A stretch of 64,000 bases of DNA from Leptolyngbyaceae cyanobacterium (GTDB taxonomy: Bacteria > Cyanobacteriota > Cyanobacteriia > Phormidesmidales > Phormidesmidaceae). The DNA is taken from contig CBDHHL010000032.1 of the NCBI GenBank assembly GCA_965263355.1, positions 2,816,001 through 2,880,000 of the forward strand, given 5' to 3'. This document shows, one piece after another, positions 9,694 through 20,534 of this stretch. The position numbers and the translations under genes were made by a program. The notes under the pieces are model-generated. The model did not search any database. It was not told where the DNA came from and worked only from the letters and a program-made list of their open reading frames with translations. Each line of letters opens with the position of its first letter. The first letter of the stretch is position 1.

Positions 9694-10237
9694 GCTTCAA
9701 CTAAATTTATGGACACCGGTCTTAGGACTGATACTTAGCAGTTGTCAGTCTCAAGCAATTCCACCACAACGCGTGATTAACATACAGCAACAATGGGAAC
9801 TAGAACCAGGTGATCTCATTGGTGATCATCTTGTTGTCGGCAGCTTAGGAGATATCTCTATTCAGCTCAAACACCAATCGCTGAGAGCCCCTTTCCCAGG
9901 CAAAGTGGAACCCAGTACCTTCGACCAATGTGTTATTTACTCCACACCTGAGGTTCCAGCCTATCTATTTCGATTTTGTGGGCTACGGCGACCTAGGTTT
10001 GGTCCTATTAAAGCTGGACAAAGCATAGGAGGTGGTAGTCACGTACAATTTGCGACCTTACGTCGTCAGCCCGATGGCACCTGGATCATTGTTGAACCCT
10101 CCACCGGGGTTCTGGAACGAGCTATTTCTCGTAACTCTCCTAACCCCACTCAAACAATACATCCAACCCCTGAAGCAATTGACCCAGATCAGGTCAAGTC
10201 GCCCCAGTTACTCAATGACAAAAGCTCTCTCAACTGA
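9659..10237 (+). CDS. putative lipoprotein with a degenerate M23-like beta domain
   Basis: Lipobox-like LILSSC; LRAPFPGKV and IKAGQSIG resemble M23 segments; Zn ligands not evident. Confidence 0.65.
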   Translation: MNMQAIVSALSRLQLNLWTPVLGLILSSCQSQAIPPQRVINIQQQWELEPGDLIGDHLVVGSLGDISIQLKHQSLRAPFPGKVEPSTFDQCVIYSTPEVPAYLFRFCGLRRPRFGPIKAGQSIGGGSHVQFATLRRQPDGTWIIVEPSTGVLERAISRNSPNPTQTIHPTPEAIDPDQVKSPQLLNDKSSLN

Positions 10238-10297
10238 TCTAGTTTTATTGACATATTTTCTTCCCATTGTGTTTCCGTCTTTAGAGTCATAGCTACT

Positions 10298-11653
10298 ATG
10301 CTGCGCTTCAAGTTTCACCACCTCTTTGCACTTTCTCTTCTAGTCACTGGTTTATGTCACCATCCTGCCCAGGCAATGGGGGTACACTTTGAATTAACAG
10401 AACACAATTCAATTTCTCCCACATCTTACGATGAAGTCAAGGAGACATCCCAGCCCAACCAACTAGAGCTAGAAACATCCAGAGAACATAAGGAAAGCTT
10501 TCAACCTCTTTCGATTCCTCCAACAGCCAGTCAGCCACCAATTAACACCCACAACTTAAAAGCAACACTCCCCGACAGCGCTATTGCCGCTACCAGAGTT
10601 TTAACACCACCCCCGACGGAGGCTCTACCTACGTCTCGGATACTGTTACCTAATCACTCTCCTCTACAAATTAAACCTATCGCCCTCAGTTTCAATACCA
10701 CTCAAACTGACCTATCACCACACTCGCCTCAACCATTGGCAAAACCATCAGCACAATCGACATTACCCGACTGGATTTATGCAGGTGGGTCTGACTCCTT
10801 AGTGGCCCGGGTAATTGGTAGTGCTGAAGGTACCCGGACCACCAGTGGTAAACGTACACGAGCATATTATGGTCATACCGACCCAGGCAATGGTGTCTGG
10901 AACATGGGTACATTTTCCTATCAACATGGTGCAAAGTCGCCTCAAGAAGCTGATAAGAAACAATTAAAAAGGCTGCAAGCTCAAGGAAAAACAATGGCCA
11001 ATCAGGCCAATGAAGCAGAGTTGACCATGACCTTAGGTGAAATGCTCAACGGTCTAGACTTGGCTAATCAATCTCCTAGAGCTGCCCTTGAACAGGGTGG
11101 TTATGTCGATCGTCTGGCACAAGCTAAAGAGAAAGGAATGAAAAATAGCGATGCAATCGTCTGGGCTCGCACCTATTCCTATTTAGACCCTAAGACCCAA
11201 CGTTGGAATGCCCCAGGTTTAGGCAATACATTCAATGGCATTCAACGGGACCAAAATCGCCGTCATGATGCCATTGCTCAGGCATTTCATCAGTACCAGG
11301 TACAACGAGAAGATACAGATCAACCTCTAAAAGAAACGTTAACTGCCCCTGCCATAGCTTTAGGCAACCAGCCAGCGCAAACAATACAATCATCAAACAA
11401 CGCGCTTGGTGCATTTCCAGTAGCAGCAGCTATTGCCAAACAGACTCCTGTCATACCCCTGGAATTTACAGTAGCCAAATCGCTAGAGCTAACCCAACAA
11501 AATAGCCAGGGCAAAACTAATTCGACTGCTAGTACACCAAATTCAGATGCCGAGTTATCTCAAGCAGCAACAACTACATTAGCCACTGAAAATAGTTCTC
11601 AGGCCAATGCTCATTCTGAAATTGAGGTAACCGATCCACAAGCTCATAGCTAA
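10298..11653 (+). CDS. secreted protein with a putative lysozyme-like domain
   Basis: Signal peptide (PAQA), Pro/Ser/Thr linker, core IGSAEG...YYGHTDPGNGVWNMGTFSYQ. Confidence 0.7.
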   Translation: MLRFKFHHLFALSLLVTGLCHHPAQAMGVHFELTEHNSISPTSYDEVKETSQPNQLELETSREHKESFQPLSIPPTASQPPINTHNLKATLPDSAIAATRVLTPPPTEALPTSRILLPNHSPLQIKPIALSFNTTQTDLSPHSPQPLAKPSAQSTLPDWIYAGGSDSLVARVIGSAEGTRTTSGKRTRAYYGHTDPGNGVWNMGTFSYQHGAKSPQEADKKQLKRLQAQGKTMANQANEAELTMTLGEMLNGLDLANQSPRAALEQGGYVDRLAQAKEKGMKNSDAIVWARTYSYLDPKTQRWNAPGLGNTFNGIQRDQNRRHDAIAQAFHQYQVQREDTDQPLKETLTAPAIALGNQPAQTIQSSNNALGAFPVAAAIAKQTPVIPLEFTVAKSLELTQQNSQGKTNSTASTPNSDAELSQAATTTLATENSSQANAHSEIEVTDPQAHS

Positions 11654-11752
11654 AAACTCATAATCTAATGCCATAGGTTTTAACCCGAAAATAGACAACA
11701 GCAAAAAAAGCAAGCTAGAGTGAGTTTGGTGTCGGCTGGCCATGTAACGATC

Positions 11753-12184
11753 ATGCAACCTCCATCTTCTCCAATCTCATCGCTCTCAGACGCGATCGAA
11801 CGCTGTCAAGCCCTAGGCATGCGTTTAAGCCGTCAACGTCGCTACATTTTAGAGCTACTTTGGGATGTCCAATCCCATCTCTCTGCTCGCGAAATTTATG
11901 ATCAGCTGAATCAACGAGGTAAAAAAATTGGTCACACATCCGTTTATCAAAATCTGGATGCTCTGTTCGACCATGGCATCATTGAGTGCGTCGAGCGTTC
12001 AGATGGTCGATTATATAGTCATCTAAATAGCTCTCACAGCCATGTTACTTGCTTAGATAGTCAGAAAATTATTGACATCAATATTGAATTACCCAGTGCA
12101 GTGATTCAAGAGGTAGAACAACGCACTGGGGTTAAGATTACTGACTATCGTATTGATTTTTTTGGCACTACAACCAGCCAATAA
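11753..12184 (+). CDS. furC: Fur-family regulator, FurC/PerR type
   Basis: MRLSRQRRYILELLW, HLSAREIYD, IGHTSVYQNL and HSHVTCLD match recalled Anabaena FurC; no CxxC motifs. Confidence 0.85.
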   Translation: MQPPSSPISSLSDAIERCQALGMRLSRQRRYILELLWDVQSHLSAREIYDQLNQRGKKIGHTSVYQNLDALFDHGIIECVERSDGRLYSHLNSSHSHVTCLDSQKIIDINIELPSAVIQEVEQRTGVKITDYRIDFFGTTTSQ

Positions 12185-12419
12185 GCAACTTGTTCAGACT
12201 GCCTAAGCTCTTGGCTGTAGAGATTACTATAGCTTGATACCTTTAGTCACCTAATACGTCACGGCTAAAAAGCACAAATACCGTCCCAAATACGATAACG
12301 GCTAACGTCAAATCCATAGTTATATCCTCATCCAATTCTTGGCCATTACCAGAATGCCCTGCTCGATGTTCTAACACCAGTACTTAACATAAGTTTTTTT
12401 GAAATTTTTACAATCAGCT

Positions 12420-13547
12420 TTAGCTACGAATTTGCACAGGCATAACTAAATAGGTCATCTTCAAACCACTGACAGGCGTCAGAATTGCTGGACTCGTCGA
12501 TGAGTTACACTGCAGTTGAATTTCACTACTGGGCAAAGCTCGAAGCCCCTCTAACAGGTATCTCACATTAAAAGCAATATCCAGATCATCACCGGTCACT
12601 TGAGCAGCCATTTCCTCCCGGCCGCTGCCAACCTCCTGGGCTTCTACTGAAAGTGCCAATATCTGCTCTGAACCAGTAATGGACAACTTCACAATATTAT
12701 TACGCTGATCTGCAAGCACACCGATACGCTCTAAGGCCGACATAAGTTGCTTACGATCTATTGTCAGCTGCCGCTCAAACTGCTTAGGAATAAGTTGACG
12801 ATAGTTGGGATACTGACCTTCCAGCAGGCGAGTTGTAATGCGCTGATGTCCTAGTTCAAAGACAACTTGAGTGGGATTAAATCTGAGGGAAATCGGTTCA
12901 GTGCCTTGATAGGACTGCAGTAGACGCTCTAATTCTCGCAGTGCCTTGCCAGGGACAGTGACATCAATAGAAAGATCTACCCCTGAATCATCTACACTTT
13001 GCACTACGGCTAATCGATGACCATCAGTGGCAGCAAACTCTAAGTTTTCAGGCTCTGCGACAACATGGACACCAGTCAGTACTTGTTTTGTCTCATCAGA
13101 GCTAGTAGCAAATAAAGCCCCGCGTAAACCTTCTAAAATTGACTCTGCAGAAACGCTTGCTATCTGTCCATCTTCCACCAAAGGCAAATTAGGATAGTCA
13201 GTCGCTTCCATGCCCCGCACCTGATATTCCCCAGCCGAACAGGTGAGTGTGATTACCGGTTCTGTTGGTGATTGGCTAAAATCCAAATCTTCTGACGGAA
13301 GTTTAGCAACAATGTCACCTAGCAATTTGGCCGGCACAGTTAAAATACCCCCCTCATCCACATGGGCAGAGAAACTGGTTTGAATCCCAAGCGTTTCATC
13401 AAAGCTGGTAAGGGTTATGCGCTGTGAATCTTCATCCACATTGACCAAAATATTTGCCAACACGGGCTTGTTGGGCCTGGAAGGAACTGCCCGACTGACA
13501 ATTGAAAGGTGTGTGTTGAGATCCCCCTGGGAGCACACGAACTTCAT
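12420..13547 (-). CDS. dnaN: DNA polymerase III beta clamp
   Basis: MKFVCSQ start, ATDGHRL, GQYPNY, YLVMPV; lies downstream of dnaA. Confidence 0.97.
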   Translation of the reverse strand: MKFVCSQGDLNTHLSIVSRAVPSRPNKPVLANILVNVDEDSQRITLTSFDETLGIQTSFSAHVDEGGILTVPAKLLGDIVAKLPSEDLDFSQSPTEPVITLTCSAGEYQVRGMEATDYPNLPLVEDGQIASVSAESILEGLRGALFATSSDETKQVLTGVHVVAEPENLEFAATDGHRLAVVQSVDDSGVDLSIDVTVPGKALRELERLLQSYQGTEPISLRFNPTQVVFELGHQRITTRLLEGQYPNYRQLIPKQFERQLTIDRKQLMSALERIGVLADQRNNIVKLSITGSEQILALSVEAQEVGSGREEMAAQVTGDDLDIAFNVRYLLEGLRALPSSEIQLQCNSSTSPAILTPVSGLKMTYLVMPVQIRS

Positions 13548-13625
13548 GGCTGACATATGTCTATCAAGAATGCTGGCCAATCGTAACACCCTGACAGAAG
13601 GATGGAAAGCCTTTATTTTAAGCAA

Positions 13626-14049
13626 TTTTCATTACTCTGTTTTCTATATCTGTTTCCTTATTAGATTTAAATCATAGTAGTAGTAGGGCTTGTGGAAACT
13701 GTGGAAAACCTTATCGTAAGCCTTCTATACAAGGCAATTGACTGAAAATAGCTATGGGGAAAAAGTGTGGATATTTAAGGACGTTTTCCACAGGATGTTA
13801 GAGAGTTAAATCTTTTTCCCCATTGCCTATGCCTTTCTCCCCAGCTAATCCCCAAACTTTCCACAGCTAAAATAGAGTTTTCCACAAGCTTATGCTCCCC
13901 CGTTTTGGAACTAAATTTAATATTTCCAATGCTTTATCAGATAAATATTTCGATTTTGAAAGTTCTGCAGTACTAGTTTTCCAGAAGCTTTTTCACAGGA
14001 TGCTACCCATAGAACGAGCCTTGAAGGATAGTTATTAACTACTTGGTCA
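13626..14049. other. oriC: replication origin oriC
   Basis: dnaA-dnaN spacer with perfect TTTTCCACA boxes (13700 reverse, 13784, 13878), about 8 degenerate boxes, (TAG)4 at 13675-13686 and an AT-rich flank. Confidence 0.92.
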
Positions 14050-15414
14050 CTAATTGGAGCGGTTACTCAGGCTGATTCGATCACTTAACTCACGTACTGT
14101 TTGAGCCATATTGAGATCTTTCTTAATCAGTTGAGTGATTTTATCGCAGCTGTAGAGTACTGTAGTGTGATCTTTTCCGCCAAAAACTTCACCTATTTTG
14201 GGCAGGCTTAAGTCCGTATGTTTTCGCATTAGGTACATTGCGACCTGACGAGCTTGACTAATTTCGCGTCGTCGAGAATTGCCCTTTAGCGCTTCTACAG
14301 GAATATTTAAAACTTCGGAAACGATATCGATCACTGATGTAGGAGAGGCATCTACTTTACCTGCGGGAGCATCAAGCACAGGCTTGAGGTTTTCAATGGT
14401 CATGGGTAGACCGGAAATGGATGTGTAGGCGATGGCTCGAATGAGTGCTCCTTCTAGTTCTCGAATGTTGGAGGTGTAACCAGAGGCAATGTACTCGGTT
14501 ACCTCGCGACTAAGTGTGACGTTCTCGTACTCGGCTTTTTTCTGCAGAATAGCCATCCTGGTTTCAAAATCAGGAGGCTGAATGTCAGCAATTAATCCCA
14601 TGGAAAACCGTGAACATAGTCTTTCCTGCAGCCTAGGGATTTTATTGGGTGGACGGTCGGACGCGAGTACAATCTGTTTGCCTGCTTCATGCAGTGTATT
14701 AAAGGTGTGGAAGAACTCCTCTTGCGTGTATTCTTTACCTTCAATAAACTGGATATCATCGACCATAATGATGTCAACTGCGCGATATTGCTCACGAAAG
14801 CGCTGCATGCTGTCACGGCGAATGGATGTAATCAAGTCATTGGTAAACTGTTCGGTGGAAACGTAGGCAATGCGAGCAGTTTTATCAATATCTAAACGGT
14901 AGTGGCCGATCGATTGCATCAAATGAGTTTTGCCTAGACCAACACCGCCACACAAAAATAAGGGATTAAATTCACGACCGGGTGATTCTGCGACAGCTAG
15001 GGCTGCAGCATGTGCCATGCGATTATTAGAGCCGACAACGAACCTTGAAAAGACAGCCTTAGGGTTTAGGTCTGGAGGGTTTGATTTGCTGCTATTTGTC
15101 CGCTCATTCGTTTGAACAGGTGGCCAGGCAACAGCTTCTCCTGTTCGATTGCTATTACCATTACTGGCTTCGCTAACGGTGACTACGATATTGATTTCCT
15201 GACCTAAGAGTTCTTGGGCAACATCGGAAATAACTTGAATGTAGTGTTTCTGGACCCAGTTTCGGGCGAAAGGATTGGGAGTGGAAATAGTCAGGGTGCT
15301 GTCAGCCAATGTTTGGAGGCGTGTTGGTTTGATCCACGTCTCAAATGTGGGACCACTGAGCTGGTCCTGAAGTTTATTGAGGACTTCATTCCAAAGACCA
15401 TCTACGTTATCCAC
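14050..15414 (-). CDS. dnaA: chromosomal replication initiator DnaA
   Basis: [43 protein letters not shown] start at 15414 follows a GGAGGG SD. Confidence 0.98.
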   Translation of the reverse strand: MDNVDGLWNEVLNKLQDQLSGPTFETWIKPTRLQTLADSTLTISTPNPFARNWVQKHYIQVISDVAQELLGQEINIVVTVSEASNGNSNRTGEAVAWPPVQTNERTNSSKSNPPDLNPKAVFSRFVVGSNNRMAHAAALAVAESPGREFNPLFLCGGVGLGKTHLMQSIGHYRLDIDKTARIAYVSTEQFTNDLITSIRRDSMQRFREQYRAVDIIMVDDIQFIEGKEYTQEEFFHTFNTLHEAGKQIVLASDRPPNKIPRLQERLCSRFSMGLIADIQPPDFETRMAILQKKAEYENVTLSREVTEYIASGYTSNIRELEGALIRAIAYTSISGLPMTIENLKPVLDAPAGKVDASPTSVIDIVSEVLNIPVEALKGNSRRREISQARQVAMYLMRKHTDLSLPKIGEVFGGKDHTTVLYSCDKITQLIKKDLNMAQTVRELSDRISLSNRSN

Positions 15415-15465
15415 AACTACCCCTCCGGCTAAAGGTAAGTGCACTCTGCACCGATCATTAAGTTT

Positions 15466-15507
15466 TTTCATAGCTGTGCTTTCCTAACGTTAAGCACAGC
15501 TATGAAA
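15466..15507. repeat. 16-bp perfect inverted repeat in the dnaA leader
   Basis: TTTCATAGCTGTGCTT-N10-AAGCACAGCTATGAAA. Confidence 0.85.
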
Positions 15508-16320
15508 GGACCTCAAAATTTCACACAACATTAGCTTAGTGTGTGCTGAAGTTAGAACTTTGTGAGGCAGATCCCTGGGATCGCAGATTGACTAACAGTC
15601 AACAATCGAACTAAAAAGTTTGAATAGGTTATAGCTCTGCATACAATAGTTGAACAAAACTAGACATTAAGCTGAGTCCCCAAGGTTCAGACTGAAAACT
15701 AAGGCAGTTTACGGAGCAGTACTTTAATACATCAAGCAATGATAATGATATTGATAGGCTAATCATCTTTACTCTAAAACGCTTGAGTTATCAGACAAAC
15801 CCGTATCAAGGATGCACGACTATTGGAGGGCTGATAATGTTAACGAAACTTCCCCTGAAAAATTAGCCATGCAAATAGTGCTCCACAAACTAGGCTGGCA
15901 TATCTACGTAGGTATAACTTCCTAAACCATTGAAAATTAATTAGCTCTAATACACTAACCTGTTGTTGCTCACATATCCAGAACGCACACAAGATAAATC
16001 TGGTACATGGATATAAGCTTATCTAAAGGATGTCATTAATAGCTTAATGGGGATCAGTCTATGGTCAAGCCGAACTGGCACAGCTTAGATGGCTGAAGTT
16101 TGATACGGCGTTTATATGAAAGTAGTGGATGAATGCCTGAATAATGGTGTTGCTAATTAGGGGTTTTGAGCGTGTGAATGTACTGCTACTTTCATGGCCT
16201 CTCCGGGGGGTGCCCGCGTCCAGTAGAAAAGTTGATGCATAGTCTGCAAGCTCTGAAAAATGGTGCTTCTTTGCAGTGCAGGTTCTTCAAATTTTTTGAT
16301 CAGATTCCTTACGAAAATTC

Positions 16321-17505
16321 ATGTCTAAGTCCATGTCTAAGTTACGCTCGTCCACTCTTCGGTTTGTTAAGTCATTAGCTGTTTATGGTGTGATTGCGGT
16401 TTCTAGTGCAACAGCGGCAGTGTTTACTACGGCACGACTAATGCCGACAACGGCGCAATCGTCATCATCGGGTTCCGGTCGTTTACTGACGGGGAGTAGT
16501 TTTATTGCGTCTGTTGCTGATCAGGTGGGGCCTGCGGTTGTTCGGATTGATTCATCTCGGACAGTAACTCGACGACCTGGGCCGTTTAATGATCCGTTTT
16601 TTCGGGAATTTTTTGGTGACATGTGGGAGCCGCCTTCTTCTCGAGTTGAGCGTGGTCAAGGATCTGGTTTTGTGGTTGAATCCGATGGTGTGATTTGGAC
16701 CAATGCCCACGTGGTTGAAGGGGCAGATACTGTGACTGTGACCCTCAAAGATGGGCGTGAGTTTAGTGGTGAAGTACTTGGGGAAGATCCTCTTACAGAT
16801 GTGGCGGTGATCAAGGTCCAATCTCGGGATCTGCCAACGGTAAATTTAGGAAACTCAGAGCAGCTACGGCCAGGGGAGTGGGCTATTGCCATTGGTAATC
16901 CTCTGGGGTTGGATAATACTGTGACTGCTGGGATTATCAGTGCGACAGGGCGTACTAGCGCCCAGATTAGAGTGCCGGATAAACGGGTTCAGTTTATTCA
17001 GACAGATGCGGCTATTAATCCAGGAAATTCAGGCGGTCCGCTATTGAATGAGCGGGGTGAAGTGATTGGCATTAATACAGCGATTATTGGTGGGGCCCAA
17101 GGGTTAGGGTTTGCAATTCCGATTAATGCCGCCCAGGGTTTAGCGCAAGAACTGATTGAAAAAGGTCGGGTGGATCATGCCTATTTAGGGATTCAGATGC
17201 GGACACTGACATCAGACCTGCGCCAACAAATTAATCGTGATTCACGCAATGATGTACGTTTATCTGCAGATGAAGGTGTGATTATTTTAGGGTTAATGCG
17301 CAATTCCCCAGCTGTTGAAGCTGGATTAGAGGTGGGGGATGTAATTGTTGCTATGAATGGTCGGACGATTACGAACGCTGAGCAAGTTCAACACATTGTT
17401 CAGGGGCTAGGGGTCGGTGAGTCGATTGCTCTGGAAATTGACCGTGGTGGTCGTCAAGTCGCGATAGATGTAGAAACGAAGGCACTGCCTCAGCAGCGAC
17501 GATGA
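16321..17505 (+). CDS. HtrA/DegP-family serine protease (HhoA/HhoB-like, one PDZ)
   Basis: [26 protein letters not shown]-terminal PDZ. Confidence 0.95.
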   Translation: MSKSMSKLRSSTLRFVKSLAVYGVIAVSSATAAVFTTARLMPTTAQSSSSGSGRLLTGSSFIASVADQVGPAVVRIDSSRTVTRRPGPFNDPFFREFFGDMWEPPSSRVERGQGSGFVVESDGVIWTNAHVVEGADTVTVTLKDGREFSGEVLGEDPLTDVAVIKVQSRDLPTVNLGNSEQLRPGEWAIAIGNPLGLDNTVTAGIISATGRTSAQIRVPDKRVQFIQTDAAINPGNSGGPLLNERGEVIGINTAIIGGAQGLGFAIPINAAQGLAQELIEKGRVDHAYLGIQMRTLTSDLRQQINRDSRNDVRLSADEGVIILGLMRNSPAVEAGLEVGDVIVAMNGRTITNAEQVQHIVQGLGVGESIALEIDRGGRQVAIDVETKALPQQRR

Positions 17506-18026
17506 GTATACGGTCTGTCATTGAGTTGGGGGATATGAGATTGAGATCGCATGCCCAACCCATCCGTGATTTTAACGATCCACAATTACAGTGTCTTATT
17601 GATGACCTGCTAGCAACGGCGGCGGCTAAAAATGGTGTTGGTATTGCCGCCCCCCAAGTGGCTGAGGGGCTACAGCTTTTTATCGTGGCATCTTGTCCGA
17701 ACCCACGGTATCCCAAAGCACCAACCATGGAGCCTTTAGCTATGATTAATCCACAGTTGCTGAGCCATAGTGAAGAGCAGGTCAAAGGTTGGGAAGGCTG
17801 CCTCAGCGTGCCAGGTCGACGGGGGTTAGTGCCTCGGTTCCGGGAAATCGAAGTGATTTACCAAGATCGCCATGGCGATGAGCATCGGCAATATTTACAG
17901 GATTTTGTCGCTCGGATCTTTCAACACGAGCATGACCATCTACAGGGCAAGGTGTTTCTGGACCGCATAGAGCATCCTGATGACGTTTTGACAGAGGCCG
18001 AGTATCAAAAACGATTTGTAATGTAG
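17502..18026 (+). CDS. def: peptide deformylase
   Basis: [23 protein letters not shown]. Confidence 0.97.
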   Translation: MSIRSVIELGDMRLRSHAQPIRDFNDPQLQCLIDDLLATAAAKNGVGIAAPQVAEGLQLFIVASCPNPRYPKAPTMEPLAMINPQLLSHSEEQVKGWEGCLSVPGRRGLVPRFREIEVIYQDRHGDEHRQYLQDFVARIFQHEHDHLQGKVFLDRIEHPDDVLTEAEYQKRFVM

Positions 18027-18060
18027 GGTCGTTGCATGCAATGACCCTACGACCCTACAT
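18021..18060. repeat. GTAG-type REP-like palindrome
   Basis: ATGTAGGGTCGTTGCATGCAATGACCCTAC plus a duplicated GACCCTAC; between convergent def and deaD. Confidence 0.75.
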
Positions 18061-18077
18061 AATTGGTTACTGAGTTG

Positions 18078-19781
18078 TTAAGTGTTTTTAGTTTTTGGTT
18101 TTGGGCGGGTCCGTTTGCCCCCCCCTTTGCCAGTTAGGTCCCCTTCGAACTTGGAAATTCGTAAGGGTTGTCCACCAATGGATACCTTTTTTAAGTGCCG
18201 CATAATTTCTTTGGGCATACCCTCTGGTAAATCTACGGTACTGTGGCTGTCGTAGATGTTAATACGGCCAATATATCGACTTTCTAAACCACTTTCATTT
18301 GCGATCGCACCCACAATGTGGCCTGGTTTGACCCGTTGACGATGGCCTAATTCAATACGGTAGCGTTCCATCCCCTGCTCTGGTGGGGATACCTGACGCT
18401 CGCGCCGGGGGCGCTCGCGCCGATCGCCATTACGTTCAGGTCGCGATCGCTTACGCTCTTCCAATAAGAGCGGCTCCTCTCCTTGCACCAGTTTGGCCAG
18501 AGCTGCGGCAATTTCAATGGCAGGTACATTATGCTCCTGCTCATACTGCTCCATGAGGGTGGTAAAGAACTCTAGATTTTCCTCAGCAATGGTGTCAGTA
18601 ATCTGCTGCTTAAATCGGGCAATGCGCTTATTATTGACCATTTCTGTGGTCGGCAACTCCATTTTGGAGATTTTTTGTTTGGTAGCCCGCTCAATGGCAT
18701 ACAGTAGCCGGCGTTCTCGAGGGGCTACAAATAAAATGGCTTCACCATTACGCCCAGCACGCCCAGTACGACCCACTCGGTGTATGTAAGTCTCGGTGTC
18801 GTAGGGCATATCATAATTAATCACGTGGCTAATCCTATCCACGTCCAGACCCCGAGCAGCCACATCAGTGGCGACAACGATATCTAACTTGCCTGATTTC
18901 AGCTGCTCGACCGTCCGTTCTCTCTGTATTTGGGAAACATCGCCGCTGAGAGGAGCCGTTTCATAGCCACGGGCCTCCAGTTTCTCTGCCAGTTCTACCG
19001 TAGCTAAACGAGTCCTAACAAAGACGATCATGCCGTCAAAGGTCTCCGTTTCCAAAATGCGAGTTAAAGCATCTAATTTGTGGTAGCCGCTGACCATCCA
19101 ATAGCGCTGGCGAATCGTTTCAGCAGTGGATGTTTTAGACTTGATTAAAACTTCAGTGGGATGATCTAGATGACGCTGGGCAATATGGCGAATTTCCTTG
19201 GGCAACGTGGCCGAAAAGAGGGCTACCTGACGAGAATCAGGGGTTTTCTCTAGCACCCATTCCACATCGTCAATAAAACCCATACGCAGCATTTCGTCGG
19301 CTTCATCGAGCACCAGACACTTCAGTTCGCTCAGGTCCAGAGTTCCTCGTTTCATGTGATCCATCACCCTGCCAGGTGTGCCCACTACAATATGGACTGA
19401 GCGTTCTAGCTTACGTAGTTGAATACTATAACTTTGGCCGCCATAGAGGGGCAGTACATGAAACCCCTTCATGTGAGATGCGTAGCTCTGAAAGGCTTCC
19501 GCTACCTGAATGGCTAACTCCCGTGTTGGCGTTAGAACGAGGGTATGAGGTAAACGCTGACTAATATCCACACGGGATAGTAGCGGTAACGCAAAAGCCG
19601 CCGTTTTGCCGGTACCTGTTTGAGCTTGGCCAATAATGTCGGCACCGGCTAATACATGGGGAATTGTTTGTGCTTGAATCGGTGTTGGGCTTTCATAGCC
19701 CAAATCCTCCAAAGCCTTTAGTACCGGCTCACTTAAGGATAACTCACTAAAGCTTGGAGCCGATTCTACATCCATTGACAT
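18078..19781 (-). CDS. deaD: DEAD-box RNA helicase with DbpA-type C-terminal domain
   Basis: AQTGTGKT, PTRELA, DEAD, SAT, HRVGRTGRAG; C-terminal IVGAIANE. Confidence 0.92.
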   Translation of the reverse strand: MSMDVESAPSFSELSLSEPVLKALEDLGYESPTPIQAQTIPHVLAGADIIGQAQTGTGKTAAFALPLLSRVDISQRLPHTLVLTPTRELAIQVAEAFQSYASHMKGFHVLPLYGGQSYSIQLRKLERSVHIVVGTPGRVMDHMKRGTLDLSELKCLVLDEADEMLRMGFIDDVEWVLEKTPDSRQVALFSATLPKEIRHIAQRHLDHPTEVLIKSKTSTAETIRQRYWMVSGYHKLDALTRILETETFDGMIVFVRTRLATVELAEKLEARGYETAPLSGDVSQIQRERTVEQLKSGKLDIVVATDVAARGLDVDRISHVINYDMPYDTETYIHRVGRTGRAGRNGEAILFVAPRERRLLYAIERATKQKISKMELPTTEMVNNKRIARFKQQITDTIAEENLEFFTTLMEQYEQEHNVPAIEIAAALAKLVQGEEPLLLEERKRSRPERNGDRRERPRRERQVSPPEQGMERYRIELGHRQRVKPGHIVGAIANESGLESRYIGRINIYDSHSTVDLPEGMPKEIMRHLKKVSIGGQPLRISKFEGDLTGKGGGKRTRPKPKTKNT

Positions 19782-20076
19782 CTAACTTCAATTTTATACG
19801 GGCGCTGTTACAGCCTGACAGATGTTGAGTCAAAAACCAACTACGGCGGCAAAATTAAGTACTGCACTCGGTAGCCTCCATAAGTTTACTGGAACCGCTC
19901 TATATTTAGAACAATTATATCGTTGGGGGGGCATCAATACCAATTCCAGGAAACTCCCATATTGCTTAAGAGAAATCTACTAATAATGCGTTGATCGATG
20001 AGATGGAATCTCGTAACAATCCTCTTCAAATGCTATCGCTTTACAATGCTTACGTAGCTTTTGAATCAATCAAGCA

Positions 20077-20526
20077 ATGGTATTTGAGTATATTTTTAAC
20101 TTTGGTAATTTGTTTGTACTGCCATTTTGGGCACTGATGGTGCTTGTGCCTAATTGGCAGGTAACTCGCAAAATCATGGCATCGTATCTTCCGTTTGTAA
20201 TCTTGGCGGTGCTGTATATTTATTGTTTTGTTGCCAGTTTGGATCCTGACAAACTTGAGCAGTTTGCCAACCCAACCCTAGCGGCTTTAGCCGATCTCTT
20301 TTCCGATGAAAAAGTCATGACCACTGGATGGGTTCATTTTTTGGTGATGGATCTGTTTGTTGGACGCTGGATTTATCTGCAAGGCCAAGAGAAACAGTTA
20401 TTGACTCGCCATTCCTTGACGCTGTGCCTATTTGCAGGGCCTATGGGATTGCTATCCCACGTGGTGACTGTTTGGGTGATGCCATTGTTTAAACCATCAG
20501 CTGAAACGGCTGAAACGGCTAACTAA
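20077..20526 (+). CDS. ABA4-like (DUF4281) membrane protein
   Basis: VLPFWALM, WVHFLVMDLFVGRWI, LFAGPMGLL. Confidence 0.88.
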   Translation: MVFEYIFNFGNLFVLPFWALMVLVPNWQVTRKIMASYLPFVILAVLYIYCFVASLDPDKLEQFANPTLAALADLFSDEKVMTTGWVHFLVMDLFVGRWIYLQGQEKQLLTRHSLTLCLFAGPMGLLSHVVTVWVMPLFKPSAETAETAN

Positions 20527-20534
20527 AAACGATG

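Noticed and set aside
12254..12305. Imperfect direct repeat AATACG..ACGGCTAA
   Set aside because: Only two short copies between convergent genes; no supporting context
13548..13677. Extended dnaN N-terminus and antisense ORF 13417-13677
   Set aside because: Conserved DnaN begins at MKF (13547); the upstream sequence borders oriC
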